A stretch of DNA of 64,000 nucleotides from an uncultured delta proteobacterium (GCA_963816145.1 CAWFJP010000001.1:367358-431357), one strand, 5' to 3'. Shown: positions 18,696 through 29,237, counted from the first letter of the stretch. Made by a program: numbers and translations. The notes: generated by a model not told the origin, from the letters alone.

Positions 18696-19724
18696 TTACT
18701 GCGCCAATATCTTCTTGATCCGCTCGACAACCTCGGGGGGCTGATCAATAACATCTTTGGCGATTTTAGCGAGGTGCTCGCCGCTGACCGGTGTGATATC
18801 GAGCTTTTTTTGCTTCGCCTCTTCAAGCAGCGCCGGGTCGGCCATCGCTTTCATGAAACCGTCACGCAACAGCTTAGTTCGGTCCGGCGGCGTCGCCGGA
18901 TGGGTCACCATGGGACGGCCCAGTTCGCCTGAACCGAGCATGACCACTGCCACGCGCCGGCTCAATTCCGGGGTTTTATATTCGTTCATCAGGTCGCTGA
19001 GCAGCGGCGTATCCGGCAACTGCGGATCTTTCTTCTCGCCGGTTTGCAGGAGTATCCGCACCAAATTGGTCTTCCGCCAGGTGTGATAGGGCTCGCGGGA
19101 AAAATAAGCCTGGGTGGTAAATGACCGGCAGACGACTTCGTTGCGCTCCGTGGCGATGTCGATTTCATTGCCGCCGGCATAACCGGTGACGATGGTGAAC
19201 TTGGTGCCGAGCAGCTCTTCGAGCAAGCGCGGGATGTAGTGACCGCTGGTGCCGGTGCCGGTGGCGCCGCACTTGGGCGGTTCTTTGGCGTTGCGAATGT
19301 CTTGCATGCTCTTATACGGGGCGTCGGAGCGCATGTAGAGCAGATGCTCCGACTTGTCCGGACTGGCCAGCCACGTGAACTTCGTCCAGTCGAATTTAAT
19401 TTCTTTATTTCCCTGGAGCTGATTGAAATAGTGCGCCGGATTGATCGACGCGATGGTCAAGCCATCAGGCTTGGCAACGGCGTAAACGTAGTTGGCCGCG
19501 ACAATGCCGCCCGCCGCCGGCATGTTTTGCATGATCACGGTAGGATTCCCCGGGATATGCTTGCCGATATGGTTCGCCAACAGGCGCGAATAAATATCGT
19601 ACGCCGTCCCCGCCCCTGAGCCGACGATAAAGGTAATGGTCTTCCCCTGATAGTAGGGGGTTTGAGCGCGCAGCTGCGCGCCTTGAACTAACATCAGTGC
19701 AACCAACAACAACACTCGTTTCAT
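18696..19724 (-). CDS. Bug/TctC family substrate-binding protein
   Basis: YYQGKTITFIVG, QNMPAAG and KPDGLTI motifs. Confidence 0.88.
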   Translation of the reverse strand: MKRVLLLVALMLVQGAQLRAQTPYYQGKTITFIVGSGAGTAYDIYSRLLANHIGKHIPGNPTVIMQNMPAAGGIVAANYVYAVAKPDGLTIASINPAHYFNQLQGNKEIKFDWTKFTWLASPDKSEHLLYMRSDAPYKSMQDIRNAKEPPKCGATGTGTSGHYIPRLLEELLGTKFTIVTGYAGGNEIDIATERNEVVCRSFTTQAYFSREPYHTWRKTNLVRILLQTGEKKDPQLPDTPLLSDLMNEYKTPELSRRVAVVMLGSGELGRPMVTHPATPPDRTKLLRDGFMKAMADPALLEEAKQKKLDITPVSGEHLAKIAKDVIDQPPEVVERIKKILAQ

Positions 19725-19820
19725 CTCGTCTTCCTTTCGGCAGTGTTATTACCAGAAATACCCATCGATAATGTGCCGATAAACTCGTTACCATCAATTA
19801 CGACAAATTGCCAAGCTAGC

Positions 19821-19840
19821 TGTCCGATGCGAAACGGACA
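19821..19840. promoter_or_regulatory. Inverted repeat TGTCCG-N8-CGGACA, candidate activator (bEBP) site
   Basis: Perfect 6-bp arms about 115 bp upstream of a sigma54-like promoter. Confidence 0.4.
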
Positions 19841-19954
19841 TTCTTGTCTGCGGCAATCGGCCGTCAGTTCCAATTGAGTCCCGACCGTCAGACGAGCCGA
19901 ACCCGTTGCATGCAAACGGTGCGTTCTTGCGAACTCTAGCTCCTGACACGATGG

Positions 19955-19970
19955 CGGCATGGAGCTTGCC
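19955..19970 (+). promoter_or_regulatory. Sigma54 (-24/-12) promoter
   Basis: CGGCATGGAGCTTGCC: GG-N10-GC with TTGC, upstream of the protease gene. Confidence 0.6.
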
Positions 19971-20098
19971 TCACAACGCCCCAAACAATTGGTTGAGACT
20001 AGCCTTCGCGTCAGTGTCCGCAAGCGCTGGTCACTGAACGTAAACGTTCGTCGCGCCGAGATTTTTAGCGACATTGGGTGAAAGAAAGGGAACAACGC

Positions 20099-22345
20099 AT
20101 GCAGGAAAGAAATATTTTCGCACGACGGCTAAGTCACCGACTACGATCGGGATGGATGGCAGTTGGCCTCGCCTTGGCCGCTGCCGTTGCGATCGTCAGC
20201 GCAACTTCGGCAACAGCGCAGGCGGCACAGGCAACGTTACAAACGCTCACGGGAAACGTCATCGAGCTCATCGGTCAGCATGGTAAAGCCGCCGATCATC
20301 TGAAACCCGCCATTCTGGCGCGCTTGCAGAATATGGCGACCCAACGCCATCAACAACTCGCAACGGCGATCGAAAGCGATCCCGGCGCCGTGCTTCAAGT
20401 CGCGCTACCGGGCGCGCTGAGACAGCGCGCTCCCGCGAGCGTGCGCAACTTCATCGAAGAACAGGTCGACATGGACGGCGAGCTGGAAGTCTTGCACGAA
20501 GACCGCGATCAAGGCAGCCGCTTCGTTTACAAGCTCAAAGCCTTCGGCCTCGACTACTCGCTCAACTTTCGGAAAAATCCGCCGACCCAAATGACAAGTG
20601 GAACCCGCGTCAGAGTACACGGCGTCCGCGTGAATACTGCGCTCGCGCTCGATTCCGGCGCTAGCGTCCAAGCCGCCGCGGCGCCGATCGCGCCGAACAC
20701 TTTCGGCCAACAAAATACCATCGTCATTCTGGTCAATTTTCGAAATAATACCACGCAGCCCTACGACACCACTGCCGCCGGCGCTGTATTCAACACCACC
20801 AGCAATTTCTTCTTGGAGAATTCCTACCAGCAGGCTTATTTGAACACGACCATTCGCGGTTGGTACACCCTCGACATGGACGCACCCTACTACGTCACCA
20901 ACGCCGATGGCACCAAGACCTACTACTGCGATTACTCCTCGATCGCCAGCAAAGCCGATGCCGCAGCCACAGGGGCGGGCGTGACGTTGTCCAACTACAC
21001 ACGTAAAGTTTATGCCTTCCCGCAAGTAAGCGGCTGCACCTGGTGGGGTTTGGGCAGCGTCGGCGGCAATCCGTCACGCGCCTGGATCAACGGCAGCTTG
21101 CAGCTGCGAGTCGCGGCCCATGAGATGGGCCATAACTTAGGCCTATGGCACTCGCATTCCCTCGACTGCGGCGCCGCGGTGATCGGCGGCACCTGTACTT
21201 CCAGCGACTACGGCGATGTGCTCGACGTCATGGGCTCGTCTTCCTACCACTTCAATGCTTTTCAAAAAGAACGGTTGGGTTGGTTGAATTACGGCGCCTC
21301 GCCGCCGATCACCAGCGCAAGCAGCAACGGCAGCTACTCGATCTATCCGCTTGAAACTCTCGGCAATAATCCCAAGGCCGTGAAGATTCTGAAATCGATC
21401 AATACCAGCACCGGCAAAAGCGCCTACTATTATGCCGAATGCCGCCAGCCGATCGGTTTCGACGCCGGTCTGTCGAGTAACGCCAACGTCCTCAACGGCC
21501 TGGTCATTCACACCGGTGACGAAGCCAGCGGCAACAGCAGCTACCTGCTCGACATGACGCCGGCGACTGCGTCATGGAACGATGCCGCGCTGGTTACAGG
21601 TCTGAGTTTCACCGACTCGGCATCGGGTGTGACGCTGACCAGTGAAGTACCTTGTTCGAACACTTTGAACGGCAACATCGGCGTTACGATCGGACCGATC
21701 GCCTGCGTGCGCGCCAATCCAGACTTGACGATCTCGCCCACCGCCAATCAATCGATCTCCGCAGGCGGTTCGGCAACCTACGCGTTGTCGCTTAAAAACA
21801 ACGACAATAGCGGCTGCGCTACGGGGAATTTCAATCTCACCGCCGCACCGCCAAGCGGATGGAGCGCCAAGCTAGGCAGCGCGGCCCTCGCCATCGCGCC
21901 AGGCGGCACGGCGAGTACGAGTTTGACCGTCACCGCGCCGAGCGGCGCCGCCGACGGCATCTACCAGACTTCGGCAACCGCAAGCAACGCAGCAGCGCCG
22001 AATTACACGGATACGGCCACTGGTGGAGCGGTCGTTTACACGGTCAGTTCGGTCTCGGTGACGGTCGCCACCGACAAGACGACTTATTCACGCAATCAGA
22101 ACGTCACAATTAGCACAACGGTAAACGTCAACGGCAGCCCCGCCGCGAACATGCCGGTCAACCTGAGCATCACCAAGCCGACCGGCGCGACAAGCAACGT
22201 CAGCGTCACCACCGCGGCCAACGGTGTAGCGAGCTACAAATTCCGTCTTAACCGCAAAGACCCCGCGGGCACTTGGCAGGCCCAAGGCTCTAGCTCCACC
22301 GGCGGTGTCAGCGGCAGCGGCAGTAAATCGTTCATCGTGCAGTAG
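20099..22345 (+). CDS. Secreted zinc metalloprotease (metzincin, M11/M6-like) with C-terminal Ig-like/NEW3-type beta domains
   Basis: Signal peptide; HEMGHNLGLWH (HExxHxxGxxH); YGDVLDVMG Met-turn; Ser/Thr-rich beta-sandwich C-terminus. The start could also be 20078. Confidence 0.85.
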   Translation: MQERNIFARRLSHRLRSGWMAVGLALAAAVAIVSATSATAQAAQATLQTLTGNVIELIGQHGKAADHLKPAILARLQNMATQRHQQLATAIESDPGAVLQVALPGALRQRAPASVRNFIEEQVDMDGELEVLHEDRDQGSRFVYKLKAFGLDYSLNFRKNPPTQMTSGTRVRVHGVRVNTALALDSGASVQAAAAPIAPNTFGQQNTIVILVNFRNNTTQPYDTTAAGAVFNTTSNFFLENSYQQAYLNTTIRGWYTLDMDAPYYVTNADGTKTYYCDYSSIASKADAAATGAGVTLSNYTRKVYAFPQVSGCTWWGLGSVGGNPSRAWINGSLQLRVAAHEMGHNLGLWHSHSLDCGAAVIGGTCTSSDYGDVLDVMGSSSYHFNAFQKERLGWLNYGASPPITSASSNGSYSIYPLETLGNNPKAVKILKSINTSTGKSAYYYAECRQPIGFDAGLSSNANVLNGLVIHTGDEASGNSSYLLDMTPATASWNDAALVTGLSFTDSASGVTLTSEVPCSNTLNGNIGVTIGPIACVRANPDLTISPTANQSISAGGSATYALSLKNNDNSGCATGNFNLTAAPPSGWSAKLGSAALAIAPGGTASTSLTVTAPSGAADGIYQTSATASNAAAPNYTDTATGGAVVYTVSSVSVTVATDKTTYSRNQNVTISTTVNVNGSPAANMPVNLSITKPTGATSNVSVTTAANGVASYKFRLNRKDPAGTWQAQGSSSTGGVSGSGSKSFIVQ

Positions 22346-22381
22346 TCGCCTCTTCAAGGCAGCGGCGCTAACGAAAACAAG

Positions 22382-23404
22382 TTAGCGCCGCTGCTCCAGC
22401 TCCTCTTCGATGACCCGCACGAACTGCTCCAGCGGTTGAGCGCCGCCGATCAACCGGCCGTTGACAAAAAACGCCGGCGTTCCGGTCACACCGGCCTTGG
22501 TTCCCTCATCGATATCGGTTTCGATCGCCGCGGTAAATTTGCCGCTCGCCAAACAGGTCTCGAACCGCCCCAACTCCACCCCAGCCCGCTGGGCGAAACT
22601 CTTGAGATGCTCCGGCGACGCTTTCGGCGCAGCGGCGTAGAGCGCGTCGTGATAGGCCCAAAATTTTCCTTGTTCATGGGCGCAGCGCGCCGCCACATGG
22701 GCGAGGCGCGCCTGCGGATGGAGCGCTTCGATCGGATAGTCCTTGTGCACGATGCGCACGCGCTCGCCGTAACGCGCGGCGATCTCGCCAAGCGTGCCCT
22801 GCGCCTCTTTGCAAAACGGGCAGTGAAAATCTTCGAACTTGACGAGAATAACCGGCGCATTGTCGGCGCCTTTCGATGGCGCACCGTCGAGATTTAAAGT
22901 CACGCGATACACCGGCGGCGCTTTCAAATGAATGGCGACGCTCGACTGGCCGCGCAACCGGGCGACCAGTGCATCGCGCCGCCCTTGCGCCGCTTGATCC
23001 TTGAGGTGGGCGCGAATACGCTCGCGCAGATTCGCATCCAACGCGGGCAAGCGCGCCTTGTTGGCATCGTAGAACCACTCAATCTCACTATCGGCAATCG
23101 GCGCCGCTTGCGAATCGACTTCACGGTCGAGCAGCTCGGCAACGCTGATTCCTCGCTGCCCAGCTTCCTGCGCCAACAACTGTTCGGCGATCAGCGCATC
23201 CAGCCGTTGCCGGCGCAGTTGAAAAATCTGCTCCTCCAACGCCGCCACGCTAGCGCCGAGAGTCCGGTCCACTTCGTTGAGCATGATGTCTTTGCCATCC
23301 ACGGTGGCCGCAGGCATCGACTGTTGCGCTGCCGTGGAACAACTCATGACCAGCGACAACCAGAAAGCCATGATCGCTAACGGTCGACGTTTGTCTTTCT
23401 GCAC
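22382..23404 (-). CDS. DsbA-like thioredoxin-fold protein with N-terminal helical extension
   Basis: FEDFHCPFC and GVTGTPAFFVNG motifs; lipoprotein-like N-terminus. Confidence 0.88.
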   Translation of the reverse strand: MQKDKRRPLAIMAFWLSLVMSCSTAAQQSMPAATVDGKDIMLNEVDRTLGASVAALEEQIFQLRRQRLDALIAEQLLAQEAGQRGISVAELLDREVDSQAAPIADSEIEWFYDANKARLPALDANLRERIRAHLKDQAAQGRRDALVARLRGQSSVAIHLKAPPVYRVTLNLDGAPSKGADNAPVILVKFEDFHCPFCKEAQGTLGEIAARYGERVRIVHKDYPIEALHPQARLAHVAARCAHEQGKFWAYHDALYAAAPKASPEHLKSFAQRAGVELGRFETCLASGKFTAAIETDIDEGTKAGVTGTPAFFVNGRLIGGAQPLEQFVRVIEEELEQRR

Positions 23405-23704
23405 TAAATTTCTCCTCGCAGGACTACCGGGGCTCCATGCCTAGGCGCCTGAGTATCCTGCTACGTTATACCGATTCTGCACGCGCAACAAATTCGCTCG
23501 ATATCGCCAGACGCCTTCGAAAACTGTTCATCCTGATACCAGGCGGGCGGGTTCAGGCGGCGAAAATCAGCGGACAAACGATAACAATCCTGGTTAAATA
23601 TAAGCTGCCAAGGGGACAAGGACTTCTCACGACGGATTTGTTGTCATGATCTTGACGCGCTTGTCGCGACTTTCACCGCATCGTGCAAGCCGTCCGTTCA
23701 TGGT

Positions 23705-23720
23705 CGGTATGCAACTTGCT
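23705..23720 (+). promoter_or_regulatory. Sigma54 (-24/-12) promoter
   Basis: CGGTATGCAACTTGCT: GG-N10-GC, about 40 bp upstream of the CDS. Confidence 0.55.
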
Positions 23721-23761
23721 CGGAGTTTATCCAATCTAGTTATTTCAGTGGGGATTTCTTG

Positions 23762-24700
23762 ATGGATGACAATGGCAGCAGGGCGGGATGGTTTGGCGTC
23801 AAGGCCGTAGCCGCGGTTGTGGTCGGTGCACTCGGTATGGGAGCGATCTTCTACAGCTCCAGCGTCGGGACCGAGACTTCGAAAAAATCACCGCTCCCGC
23901 CGGCCGATAGTCAGACCATCAAACCGGTCCGCGCCATGAATATAGCCCTGGGCCCGATGGTGTTTTTAGCGCGTGAACTAAATTTTACCGTAACCAACAC
24001 CAAGGGTGATAAGCTCGACGACAGCCGCATCGCGGCCCGTGTCGAGAGCCAACTGCAAGGGATACGCAATCTCTATCGAGGAGAGATCGCCAAGAATCCC
24101 AAGCTGGTCGGTAGCTTGAACTTGCAATTCAACGTCACTCCCGCCGGCCAAGTCAGCCAGGTAAAGGAAATAAACTCCCGGCTCAACGATGCTGAGTTTA
24201 AACAAACCGTCGCTGCCGAAGTCGGCAAATGGAGCTTCGCCGAGCTCGGCAGCGGTCCCTTGACGGTGCAGATTCCTCTGCTTTTCGTTCAGGAAGGCAT
24301 GGATATCACCACGTTGATGCACTGGGAGAGTTCGTTAGCCGGTGCGCCTGAAAACCTGGTTGCCGCTCCCGCTGCCAAACCTGAAAGAGCCCAACAAACC
24401 AAGGCCGCCGAGACGGCAATACCGCCCAGTGCGGTCGCGAAAACAGCGCCCGCGCCCGAGAAAACCGCTCCAGCCAAGGTCAAGACCGAAGGCGAAGAAG
24501 TCCAGATAAAGTTCGTTACGCCATTGCGCAAGGAGCCCAATTTCAGTTCGTCAGTACTTACGACATTTACCATCGGCACCAAAGTAACGGTGGTAAACCG
24601 CAGCGGTGATTGGCTCGAAGTCCGTTCGCATCACACTGGACCGAGCGGTTACATTCGCAAAGAATTCGCCACCCCCGTCGACGTTATCGTGCAGCGCTAA
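23762..24700 (+). CDS. Membrane-anchored TonB-C/AgmX-like domain protein with C-terminal SH3 domain
   Basis: N-terminal TM; YRGEIAKNPKLVGSLNLQFNVTPAGQV...WSF; Ala/Pro linker; LRKEP...GDWLEV...GYIRKEF. Confidence 0.75.
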   Translation: MDDNGSRAGWFGVKAVAAVVVGALGMGAIFYSSSVGTETSKKSPLPPADSQTIKPVRAMNIALGPMVFLARELNFTVTNTKGDKLDDSRIAARVESQLQGIRNLYRGEIAKNPKLVGSLNLQFNVTPAGQVSQVKEINSRLNDAEFKQTVAAEVGKWSFAELGSGPLTVQIPLLFVQEGMDITTLMHWESSLAGAPENLVAAPAAKPERAQQTKAAETAIPPSAVAKTAPAPEKTAPAKVKTEGEEVQIKFVTPLRKEPNFSSSVLTTFTIGTKVTVVNRSGDWLEVRSHHTGPSGYIRKEFATPVDVIVQR

Positions 24701-24765
24701 TTACCGCGCTTTGAATTTAGCCGGCAAGCCTTGCAAATCGGCCTTGGCGCCAGCACGATGGCTCC

Positions 24766-25737
24766 ATGCGGTTGCATATTGGAAAACCTTGGCAACTCAC
24801 TGAGCGAGAGCTGACACCGGAAAAGTTTTTTCACCAACGCCGCCAACTGATCAAATCCGCCGGCCTCATCGGTTTCGGCATGGCGAGCGGTATGTTATCA
24901 GCCTGCGGTCCGGCCGAGGATGCTGTCCGCGTCGGCGCTCAGGAGACCCCCCATAGCCTCGATCTCTATCCGGCACGGCGCAATCCGCAGTTCGTCCTCG
25001 ATCGTCCAGTGACCTCGGAAACGTACGCCGCTTCTTACAATAATTTCTACGAGTTCAGCGTTTTCAAGAGCCGCGTCTACAAAAACGCCGCGCGCTTGAC
25101 GACTGATCCATGGCAGGTGGCTATCGCCGGGCTCATCGCCAAGCCGCGAGTTTACGACATCGACGAACTAGTTCGCTCAATGGCGCTTGAAGAGCGCCAT
25201 TATCGCTTTCGCTGTGTCGAGGCCTGGGCCATGGCCGTACCGTGGACCGGCTTTCCGCTCACTGCGATGATCAATATAGTCGAGCCGCTGTCCGCCGCGA
25301 AGTTCGTCCGCTTCACGACCTTCTTGAAACCCGAGCAGGCGACCAATCAAAGCCCGTCCAACGGACCCTGGCCTTACACTGAAGCTTTGACCATGGCGGA
25401 AGCGATGAACGAGCTAACGATCCTCGCCACCGGCATCTACGGTCATCCGCTGCCCAAACAGCATGGCGCGCCGCTGCGCCTCGTCGTGCCGTGGAAGTAC
25501 GGTTTCAAGAGCATCAAGTCGATCGTAAAAATCGAATTCACCGCCGAACGGCCGACAACTTTCTGGAATAGCAACCGCCCCAAGGAATACGACTTCACGG
25601 CGAACGTCGACCCAAACACGCCACATCCCCGCTGGTCGCAAGCGACGGAGAAACTGATCGATACCGGTGAGCGCCGAGCAACGCTGCCGTACAACGGCTA
25701 CGGCGAATGGGTGGCGGGGCTCTATGGGAAAACGTGA
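24766..25737 (+). CDS. msrP: Protein-methionine-sulfoxide reductase catalytic subunit
   Basis: Tat motif RRQLIK; YNNFYEF, RFRCVEAW, HGAPLRLVVPWKYGFKSIKSI and HPRWSQA motifs. Confidence 0.93.
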   Translation: MRLHIGKPWQLTERELTPEKFFHQRRQLIKSAGLIGFGMASGMLSACGPAEDAVRVGAQETPHSLDLYPARRNPQFVLDRPVTSETYAASYNNFYEFSVFKSRVYKNAARLTTDPWQVAIAGLIAKPRVYDIDELVRSMALEERHYRFRCVEAWAMAVPWTGFPLTAMINIVEPLSAAKFVRFTTFLKPEQATNQSPSNGPWPYTEALTMAEAMNELTILATGIYGHPLPKQHGAPLRLVVPWKYGFKSIKSIVKIEFTAERPTTFWNSNRPKEYDFTANVDPNTPHPRWSQATEKLIDTGERRATLPYNGYGEWVAGLYGKT

Positions 25738-25832
25738 GGAGTAGGGGTTAGGGGTTAGGCGGTGAAGCGACAGATCCGAATCGCCTAACCCCTTACGACG
25801 GGACTACTAAATGGTAACACTCACGCTTGCGA

Positions 25833-26942
25833 CTAAATCAATTGCTTCAACGCCTTCGACAGCGTTTCAACATTCTCCACCCGCGAGCCATGGCCCATCA
25901 GACCGACGCGCCAGATTTTGCCCTTGAGCGGACCCAAGCCGGCGCCGATTTCGATGTTGAACTCGTCGTATAAGCGCGCGCGCACCTTGGCGTCGTCGGC
26001 GCCTTCGGGGATCTTGATGGCGTTGATCATCGGCGCGCGGATCGATTCGGCCACCGCCGGATCGATCTCCAGCTTGCGCATTTCGCGGATAAACACCTCG
26101 TGGGTCTGCTTGTGGCGCTGCCAAGATTTATCCAGTCCTTCTTCGAGGACGATGCGCAGCGCTTCATGCAAGGCGTAGTTCATCGAGATCGGCGCGGTGT
26201 GATGGTAGACGCGCTCGCTGCCCCAGTATTTCTCGATCATCGACAGATCGAGATACCAGCTCTGCACCTTGGTCTTGCGCTGGCGGATCACTTCGATGGC
26301 GCGTTCGTTGAAAGTCACCGGCGACAGTCCCGGGGGGCAACCCAAACATTTCTGCGTGCCGCTGTAGCAAGCGTCGATGCCAAGTTCGTCGACCCGCACC
26401 GGCGCGCCGCCCAACGAGGTGACGGCGTCGACCACCAAGAGCGCGCCGCTGTCGCGCACCAGCTTGGCGATATCGTCCATCGGCTGGAGCACGCCGGTGG
26501 AAGTCTCGGCGTGCACGACGGCAACCAGTTTGTATTTGTTCTTGGCCAGCGCCTCTTTGACCTTCTGCGCATCGAGCGCCGTGCCCCACTCGGCTTCCAC
26601 CGTGTCCACTTGCGCGCCGCAGCGCTGCGCGACATCGACCATGCGCGTGCCGAAGACGCCGTTGACGCCGATCAACACGCGGTCGCCGGGCTCGATCAAG
26701 TTGACGAAGCAGGTCTCCATGCCGGCACTGCCGGTGCCGGACATCGGCAGGGCCAAACGGTTCTTGGTCTGGAACAGCTCGCGCAGCATGGCCATGCTCT
26801 GATCCATAATTTCCAAAAACTTCGGATCGAGATGACCGACCACCGGCAGCGCCAGCGCCGCGAGCACGCGCGGGCTGACCGGACTGGGCCCCGGGCCGAG
26901 CAAGGTTCGAATCGGTGGATTGGCTTTAGGGGCTGCTGGCAT
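25833..26942 (-). CDS. Alanine-glyoxylate / serine-pyruvate aminotransferase (class V PLP)
   Basis: LLGPGPS, HAETSTG, DAVTSLGG, SGTQKCL and YHHTAP motifs. Confidence 0.92.
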   Translation of the reverse strand: MPAAPKANPPIRTLLGPGPSPVSPRVLAALALPVVGHLDPKFLEIMDQSMAMLRELFQTKNRLALPMSGTGSAGMETCFVNLIEPGDRVLIGVNGVFGTRMVDVAQRCGAQVDTVEAEWGTALDAQKVKEALAKNKYKLVAVVHAETSTGVLQPMDDIAKLVRDSGALLVVDAVTSLGGAPVRVDELGIDACYSGTQKCLGCPPGLSPVTFNERAIEVIRQRKTKVQSWYLDLSMIEKYWGSERVYHHTAPISMNYALHEALRIVLEEGLDKSWQRHKQTHEVFIREMRKLEIDPAVAESIRAPMINAIKIPEGADDAKVRARLYDEFNIEIGAGLGPLKGKIWRVGLMGHGSRVENVETLSKALKQLI

Positions 26943-26979
26943 AAATTAACTCCTATCTAATTTAGTAGCGAACCGTCCG

Positions 26980-27120
26980 GGTCCTCTCCCCCTTGACGGG
27001 GGAGAGTTAGAGTGGGGGGCTGTGCTTTATAGAATAGGTTCAAACCGTTCAATCGCTGCGCTCCGTTCAAACCGCTGAACCCCCACCTTGATCCTCTCCC
27101 GCGATCGCGGGGGAGGAAAA
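26980..27120. repeat. Cluster of family C and family A repeats
   Basis: cctctcccccttgacgggggagag; gttcaaaccgttcaatcgctgcgctccgttcaa; cccccaccttgatcctctcccgcgatcgcgggggagg. Confidence 0.75.
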
Positions 27121-27143
27121 CGGAATTTGTTCACAGCTCAGAT

Positions 27144-28031
27144 TTATTTCTCGTCTTTCACGTACAAATCCATGCTGCCGATTTTCTCTATCGTGCCATG
27201 GAGATGATCGCCGTCGCGAAGCTTGCTCACGCCGGCCGGCGTGCCAGTGGTGATGCAATCGCCTGAGCGCAGCGTCAAACAACTGCTCAAGAAGCGGATA
27301 TGCTCGCGGATGCCGCAGATCATATCGCTGGTGTGGGCGATCATCGCCTCTTTGCCGTTCTGCAGGACCGTGATGCTCAAGTTCTGCGGCTCGTCGATCT
27401 CGTCGCGGGTGACAATCCACGGGCCGAGCGCGGTGAAGGTATCCATGCCTTTGCGAATATTGCGCGTGTTGTGCATGCCTTTGCCCCATGGATCGCGTTG
27501 ACTGATGTCCCAGCAGATCATGTAGCCGAACACGTGATTGAGCGAATCGGCTTCGCTGACATTGCGCGCGCGCCTGCCGATAACCGCGCATAGCTCGCAC
27601 TCGAAATCCACCAGCTTCGAGCGCTTCGGCAAAATGATCGTGTCGCCCGGGCCGATGATCGACGACGTCGTCTTGATGAAGAATTCCGCCATTAAATCAT
27701 CTTTGTTGATGACCGGCCGTTCGGCATTACCCATGCGCTCGACCATCTCGGCGCGGTGCGCGCCATAGTTCGCCGCCGCCGCCCAGAGCGTGCCGGGGTT
27801 TTGGATCGGTGCCAGGAGCTTCACGGATTTCAAATCGAGCCCGCCCGAGCCATTGGCCGCGTCGCGGGCGATCTGCAGCGCCGCCGGATTATTAGCCAAG
27901 GCGTCGATGATTTCGACCATCGTATAACCCTGGCGCGCCAGGCCGGCTTTGACCATCGCGTCGCCGAAGTTGATCACCTTATCGCCGACAACCACGCCGG
28001 CTTGATGATTATCATAATGACAGATCTTCAT
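27144..28031 (-). CDS. Fumarylacetoacetate hydrolase family protein
   Basis: ANYGAH, DFECEL, DISQRD, KGMDTF and GDCITTGTPAGV motifs. Confidence 0.92.
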   Translation of the reverse strand: MKICHYDNHQAGVVVGDKVINFGDAMVKAGLARQGYTMVEIIDALANNPAALQIARDAANGSGGLDLKSVKLLAPIQNPGTLWAAAANYGAHRAEMVERMGNAERPVINKDDLMAEFFIKTTSSIIGPGDTIILPKRSKLVDFECELCAVIGRRARNVSEADSLNHVFGYMICWDISQRDPWGKGMHNTRNIRKGMDTFTALGPWIVTRDEIDEPQNLSITVLQNGKEAMIAHTSDMICGIREHIRFLSSCLTLRSGDCITTGTPAGVSKLRDGDHLHGTIEKIGSMDLYVKDEK

Positions 28032-28271
28032 TTTCGGACCTCCGAGTTTGTACGAACGTAGGATTTCCTCTCTTACCTGAAGCACCGGCCAATGTCCAAT
28101 GACATGTTGCGATGCAAATGCGAGTTACGCCCCGGCCGATTTACACCAGGGTCAAGGAATTCTGATTGACAAGCGCGCAACCACAAGCTTAATAGTGTTT
28201 TCTTTGACCGGTGCAAGGGATCGAACCTCTAAACCAGGACAAAATTGATGACACGCTAAGGGGGCATAATC

Positions 28272-29081
28272 ATGGACTGGAATAAAACCATGCAAACAAT
28301 TGTCGATGTCGGCATTCAAGTCGGCTTCAAAGTCGTTGCCGCAATCGTTTTCTATTTAGTTGGCCGGTGGCTCATCGGTTTAGCGATCCGGTTGGTGAGT
28401 TCGGCTTTGGAAAAGCAAAAGGTCGATCCCACCTTGCTGCGTTACATCGGCACGGTGATCTCGGTCACGTTGAACGTCATCTTGGTCGTCGCCATCCTCG
28501 GCTACTTCGGCGTCGAGACTACCAGCTTCGCCGCCATCCTCGCCGCCGCCGGTGTTGCCATCGGCATGGCGTGGAGCGGCTTGCTGGCGAATTTCGCCGC
28601 CGGCGCGTTCATGATCGTTCTGCGGCCCTTCAAGGTCGGTGATTTCGTCACCGCTGCCGGTGTCACCGGCACGGTGAAGGAGATCGGCCTCTTCGTCACG
28701 GCGGTTGTCACGCCCGATAACGTCCTCACTATGCTTGGCAACAACAAGATTTTCTCCGACACCATTCAAAACTTTTCGGCGAACCCATTCCGCCGCGTCG
28801 ACTTAAAGGCCCAGCTCGCCCATTCAGTCGATCACAACGAAGCGATCAAGCTGCTCAAAGAACGGGTTGCCAGGGTCGCCAATGTCAAAACCGACCCGCC
28901 GCCCGATGTCGAAGTGCTTGAGTTCAATTTCAACGGCCCGGTGCTCGCCGTGCGCCCCTATTGCCACACCGACAACTACTGGCAGGTCTATTTCGACACC
29001 AACAAAGCCATTCGCGAGACCTGCGGCGCCGCCGGCTATCCCGTGCCCGAACAACATTTCGTCGTCCGCAATCCGTCGTAA
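28272..29081 (+). CDS. mscS: Small-conductance mechanosensitive channel
   Basis: Three TM helices; LANFAAG and RPFKVGD motifs. Confidence 0.9.
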   Translation: MDWNKTMQTIVDVGIQVGFKVVAAIVFYLVGRWLIGLAIRLVSSALEKQKVDPTLLRYIGTVISVTLNVILVVAILGYFGVETTSFAAILAAAGVAIGMAWSGLLANFAAGAFMIVLRPFKVGDFVTAAGVTGTVKEIGLFVTAVVTPDNVLTMLGNNKIFSDTIQNFSANPFRRVDLKAQLAHSVDHNEAIKLLKERVARVANVKTDPPPDVEVLEFNFNGPVLAVRPYCHTDNYWQVYFDTNKAIRETCGAAGYPVPEQHFVVRNPS

Positions 29082-29163
29082 CCCAGGCCAACACGTACAG
29101 CAGTTTAAAAAATGGCGAGTCTATTCAGTTCGGCTCGCCTGACTGCTATAGACAAATTTTATC

Positions 29164-29237
29164 TCACCACGAAGTGCACGAAGGACACGAAGGGTTCGGA
29201 TAACCAAGACTCCGAACTTCGTGCCCTTCGTGGTGAA
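29164..29237. repeat. Family B palindrome
   Basis: tcaccacgaagtgcacgaaggacacgaag...cttcgtgcccttcgtggtga. Confidence 0.85.

Noticed and set aside
25744-25760. GGGGTTAGGGGTTAGG as a telomere-like repeat
   Set aside because: Only about two units, paired with CCTAACCCC downstream; it is one of the local short-period palindromes.
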